Source: Alphaproteobacteria bacterium
Lineage (GTDB): Bacteria; Pseudomonadota; Alphaproteobacteria; UBA828
Reading direction: 5' to 3'
DNA length: 64,000 nt
Assembly (NCBI GenBank): GCA_963422645.2
Contig: CAXXVO010000004.1
Coordinates: 256,001-320,000, forward strand
The number at the start of each line of letters is the position of its first letter. Position 1 is the first letter of the stretch. The notes under the pieces are model-generated. The model had not been told where the DNA came from, ran no database searches, and was given only the letters and a program-made list of their open reading frames with translations. This document shows positions 61,220-64,000 of the stretch, in pieces. Position numbers and translations under genes: made by a program.

Positions 61220-62107
61220 CTAGCCGCGATTGGCGTCCAGGAAGCCCAGCAGGGTTTCGAAATAGGCCTCCGGCTCCTCGTACATCGGCAGGTGGGAGGA
61301 GTTCGGGAACACCTTGATCTGCGAATTGGGAAGCGCCGCATGCATCTTCATCGAGCACGCCGGTGTGAGCTCGTCGTGCTGGCCGCAGAGCACCAGCGCC
61401 GGCTGGTGGATGCGATGCAGCTCGGGCAGCCAGTTCTTGTCCTTGATGCTGCCGGTGTAGCAGAACTCGTTGGGCCCCTGGATCGCCTCGTAGGGCCCCA
61501 TGTTCCAGTCGCCCAGCGAGCGCATGACCGGGGCCGGCCACGTGTCGAGCCGGCAGACGTGGCGGTAGTTGAGGATGGTGATCGCGGCCTGATAGGTGGG
61601 GTGGTCGAGGGTGCCCTCGGCCTCGTGGCGCTGCATCATCGCCTCGGTCTCGGGCCCGAGCGCGTGGCGCAGCCGGTGCAGCTCGCTCACCAGATGCGGG
61701 ATGTCACCCGCGCCGTCGGCGAGGGTGATCGTCTTGAAGCTCTCGGGATAGGTTAGCGCCCACTCCTGGCCGAGCCAGGTGCCCCAGGATTGCCCGTAGT
61801 AATGCACAGGCCCGAGTCCGAGGGCGGTGCGCACGGTCTCCGTCTCCTCGACATAGCGCTCGATGGTCCAGAGCGAGGCATCGTCGGGCCGGTCGGACTT
61901 GCCGGTGCCGAGCTGGTCGAAGGCCACGACCCGGTAGCCCTTGTCCGCGAGCCATGAATGCGCGTCGCGCACATAGTCGCAGGGCAGCCCCGGCCCGCCG
62001 TTGACGCAGAACAGCACCTCATCGCCGGAGCCGAAGCTGTAGGCCACGACCTTGTAGCCGTCGACGCTGACGTCGATGGTCTCGTCCGGCGCGCGATCGT
62101 CCATCAT
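61220..62107 (-). CDS. proline iminopeptidase-family alpha/beta hydrolase
   Basis: NGGPG, DQLGTGKS, GQSWG, GPNEF and SSHLP. Confidence 0.92.
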   Translation of the reverse strand: MMDDRAPDETIDVSVDGYKVVAYSFGSGDEVLFCVNGGPGLPCDYVRDAHSWLADKGYRVVAFDQLGTGKSDRPDDASLWTIERYVEETETVRTALGLGPVHYYGQSWGTWLGQEWALTYPESFKTITLADGAGDIPHLVSELHRLRHALGPETEAMMQRHEAEGTLDHPTYQAAITILNYRHVCRLDTWPAPVMRSLGDWNMGPYEAIQGPNEFCYTGSIKDKNWLPELHRIHQPALVLCGQHDELTPACSMKMHAALPNSQIKVFPNSSHLPMYEEPEAYFETLLGFLDANRG

Positions 62108-62234
62108 GGCCCGCCTCTCCCTCCCACGTGGCGCGGCGGACTATTCCACATTTGCCAATCGCCTCCAAGCGGGGCTGGGGTCGGGCGGCGCGTGCTAACA
62201 TGACTCCTCGATCATCGGGCGCCGCAACAAAATA

Positions 62235-64000
62235 GTAACTGCCCAGGTCGTCTGATTTGTCATTTTGGGCCAGTGGATTGAGGCGTTTCTCGTTCGGAGT
62301 TGGTGGAAAGGGCTTGACGGGAATTTCGGGAAATGACTCAACAACGACATGAGCAATCCCGAGTCGCCGCGCGGCCCTTCGACGGGAGCAGCGCCCGAAA
62401 CGCCCGCGCAGAAGATCGCCCGCCTGGAGGAGGAGAACGCCCGGCTTCGGGAGGAAAATGCCTGGCTTCGGCAGCAGAACGCGCGGCTGGAAGAGCAAGT
62501 CGCGCGTCTCGTCGAGCGCATCGAGGAGTTGGAGCGCCGTCTCGGCCTCAACAGCGGCAAGCCGCCTTCGAGCGATGGGCTGAGGAAGCCGAATTCGAAG
62601 CGGCGAACCCGAAGCCTGCGCGGCAAATCGGGCCGCAAGCCCGGTGGCCAGCCCGGCCACAAGGGCAAGACGCTGCGCCGCGCCGATCACCCGGATCGGG
62701 TGAAGGATCACGTCCCGGCTTCCTGCAAGGGATGCGGTTCGCCGCTTTCGGACGCGGCCAGGGCGGGAACGCCCGTCGCCCGCCAGGTGTTCGATCTGCC
62801 CGAGCCGAGCCCCCTGGAGGTGACCGAGCACCGGGCGCATGCCAAGTGCTGCGGGCATTGCGGGACGGTGACCCGGGCGGCGTTCCCCGACGGGGTGTCG
62901 GCGCCGGTGCAGTACGGCCCGCGCATTGCCGGGGTGGCGGTCTACCTTCAGCACGCTCACTTCCTGCCGGAGGATCGGCTGTCGCAGGTGATGGCCGAGC
63001 TCTTCGGCGCGCCGGTGACGGCTGCGACGTTGGCGACGATGAGCGAGAGGGCGGCCGAGCGGCTGCGGGACGCGGCCTTGCACATACAGGACCTGGCGGC
63101 GGGCACGGCGCGGGTGAAACACATGGACGAGACCGGCTTGCGGATCGGCGGTCAGACGCAGTGGCTTCATGTGATCTGCACGCCGCTGCTGGCGGCGTAC
63201 CGGGTCAGCGGCAAGCGCGGCGCCCTGCTCTCGGGTGTCTCCGGCATCGTCGTGCACGATCACTGGAAGCCGTACTTCGCGATGGAAGGGGTGGAGCACG
63301 GCCTGTGCAACGCCCATCACCTGCGGGAGTTGCAGGCGCTGGTGGACATCGAAGGGGAGGCTTGGGCCCGGCGGATGCAGCAGCTCCTGCGCCGAGCCAA
63401 TCGCGCCGCCCGCATCGCGCTGGACAAGGATATCGCCGTTCCGGCGAGGCTTGTGGCGCTGATCGAGCGCCGATACGACGAGATCATCGCCGATGCGCTG
63501 GCCTTTCACGAGAGCCAACCACCGTTCTCGCCTGGCAAGAGGAAGAAGCGCCGGAAGCGAAGGATCGGTCACAATCCGGCCTTGAGGCTGCGCGACCACA
63601 AATGCGCGGTGCTCCGGTTCCTGATCGACCTCGAGGTCGGGTTCACGAACAACGAGGCCGAGCGCGACCTTCGGATGATGAAGCTGCGCCAGAAGATCTC
63701 CGGGGGCTTCCGGTCCGCGCAGGGGGCCGAGAACTTCGCCATCCTGCGCAGCGTCATCACCACCGCCAGAAAGCAGGGCTGGAATATCATCGAAGCCCTG
63801 ACCAGCCCATCGGATCGGCTCATCGCCACCGTCAAGTGCGCGTAAGCTCACCTGGCACGGGTTCTCCAACAGCGGAGCCATTCTCATAAACGATCATGGT
63901 CGACGCCGTGCTGGACCACCCCATAGAATGAAAATCGGTGCCCGTCGCGCGGGCGGACTTCGGGCCACATCGGGGTAGCTTACCGGTCGCAGTCCGCAAG
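62235..64000 (+). mobile_element. IS66b copy 2 (right end beyond the window)
   Basis: TIR at 62235; inverted copy of 37183-39061. Confidence 0.92.
62349..63845 (+). CDS. IS66-family transposase
   Basis: Protein identical to 37451-38947. Confidence 0.94.
   Translation: MSNPESPRGPSTGAAPETPAQKIARLEEENARLREENAWLRQQNARLEEQVARLVERIEELERRLGLNSGKPPSSDGLRKPNSKRRTRSLRGKSGRKPGGQPGHKGKTLRRADHPDRVKDHVPASCKGCGSPLSDAARAGTPVARQVFDLPEPSPLEVTEHRAHAKCCGHCGTVTRAAFPDGVSAPVQYGPRIAGVAVYLQHAHFLPEDRLSQVMAELFGAPVTAATLATMSERAAERLRDAALHIQDLAAGTARVKHMDETGLRIGGQTQWLHVICTPLLAAYRVSGKRGALLSGVSGIVVHDHWKPYFAMEGVEHGLCNAHHLRELQALVDIEGEAWARRMQQLLRRANRAARIALDKDIAVPARLVALIERRYDEIIADALAFHESQPPFSPGKRKKRRKRRIGHNPALRLRDHKCAVLRFLIDLEVGFTNNEAERDLRMMKLRQKISGGFRSAQGAENFAILRSVITTARKQGWNIIEALTSPSDRLIATVKCA

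Noticed and set aside
1-64000. tRNA, rRNA, CRISPR array, retron or group II intron RT, TnpB/IscB, prophage genes
   Set aside because: None recognised by eye or in the ORF track. A tRNAscan/Rfam run is needed to exclude small RNAs.

Overview
GC-rich alphaproteobacterial chromosome segment, judged from the thiS-thiG fusion, the aroQ-accB-accC-aat-DUF2155-mlaD block, fused trpE(G) and a CGTC-type REP. Housekeeping and catabolic genes alternate with a very heavy load of insertion sequences. (1) An IS66-family element of 2511 bp (8-bp TSDs; 2 intact copies and 1 broken) carries a Dam-like DNA adenine methyltransferase coupled to its transposase. (2) An IS4-family element encodes a transposase with an N-terminal DUF4338/DruA-like (Mom-related GNAT) domain. 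It sits inside an IS21 and is itself hit by an IS3. (3) A ~2.5-kb IS that I cannot place in a classical family ('ISX'; TIR CAGACTTCCTGACCTC, target ANNNT) has 4 near-complete and 2 partial copies. It has inserted twice into the same site within itself, and every near-complete copy is frameshifted at one quasi-palindrome. (4) IS1595, IS3 and a second IS66 are also present. Other notable content: an integrase-free three-gene island ending in a ComEC-like metallo-beta-lactamase gene (candidate defence module, now inactivated) flanked by a synonymously diverged ~120-bp duplication; an ISX-disrupted orphan DNA methyltransferase; two in-frame gene chimeras; and an arsenite oxidase aioBA operon with no adjacent regulators. 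No rRNA, tRNA or CRISPR array was seen. Family assignments come from motif recognition, not database searches.
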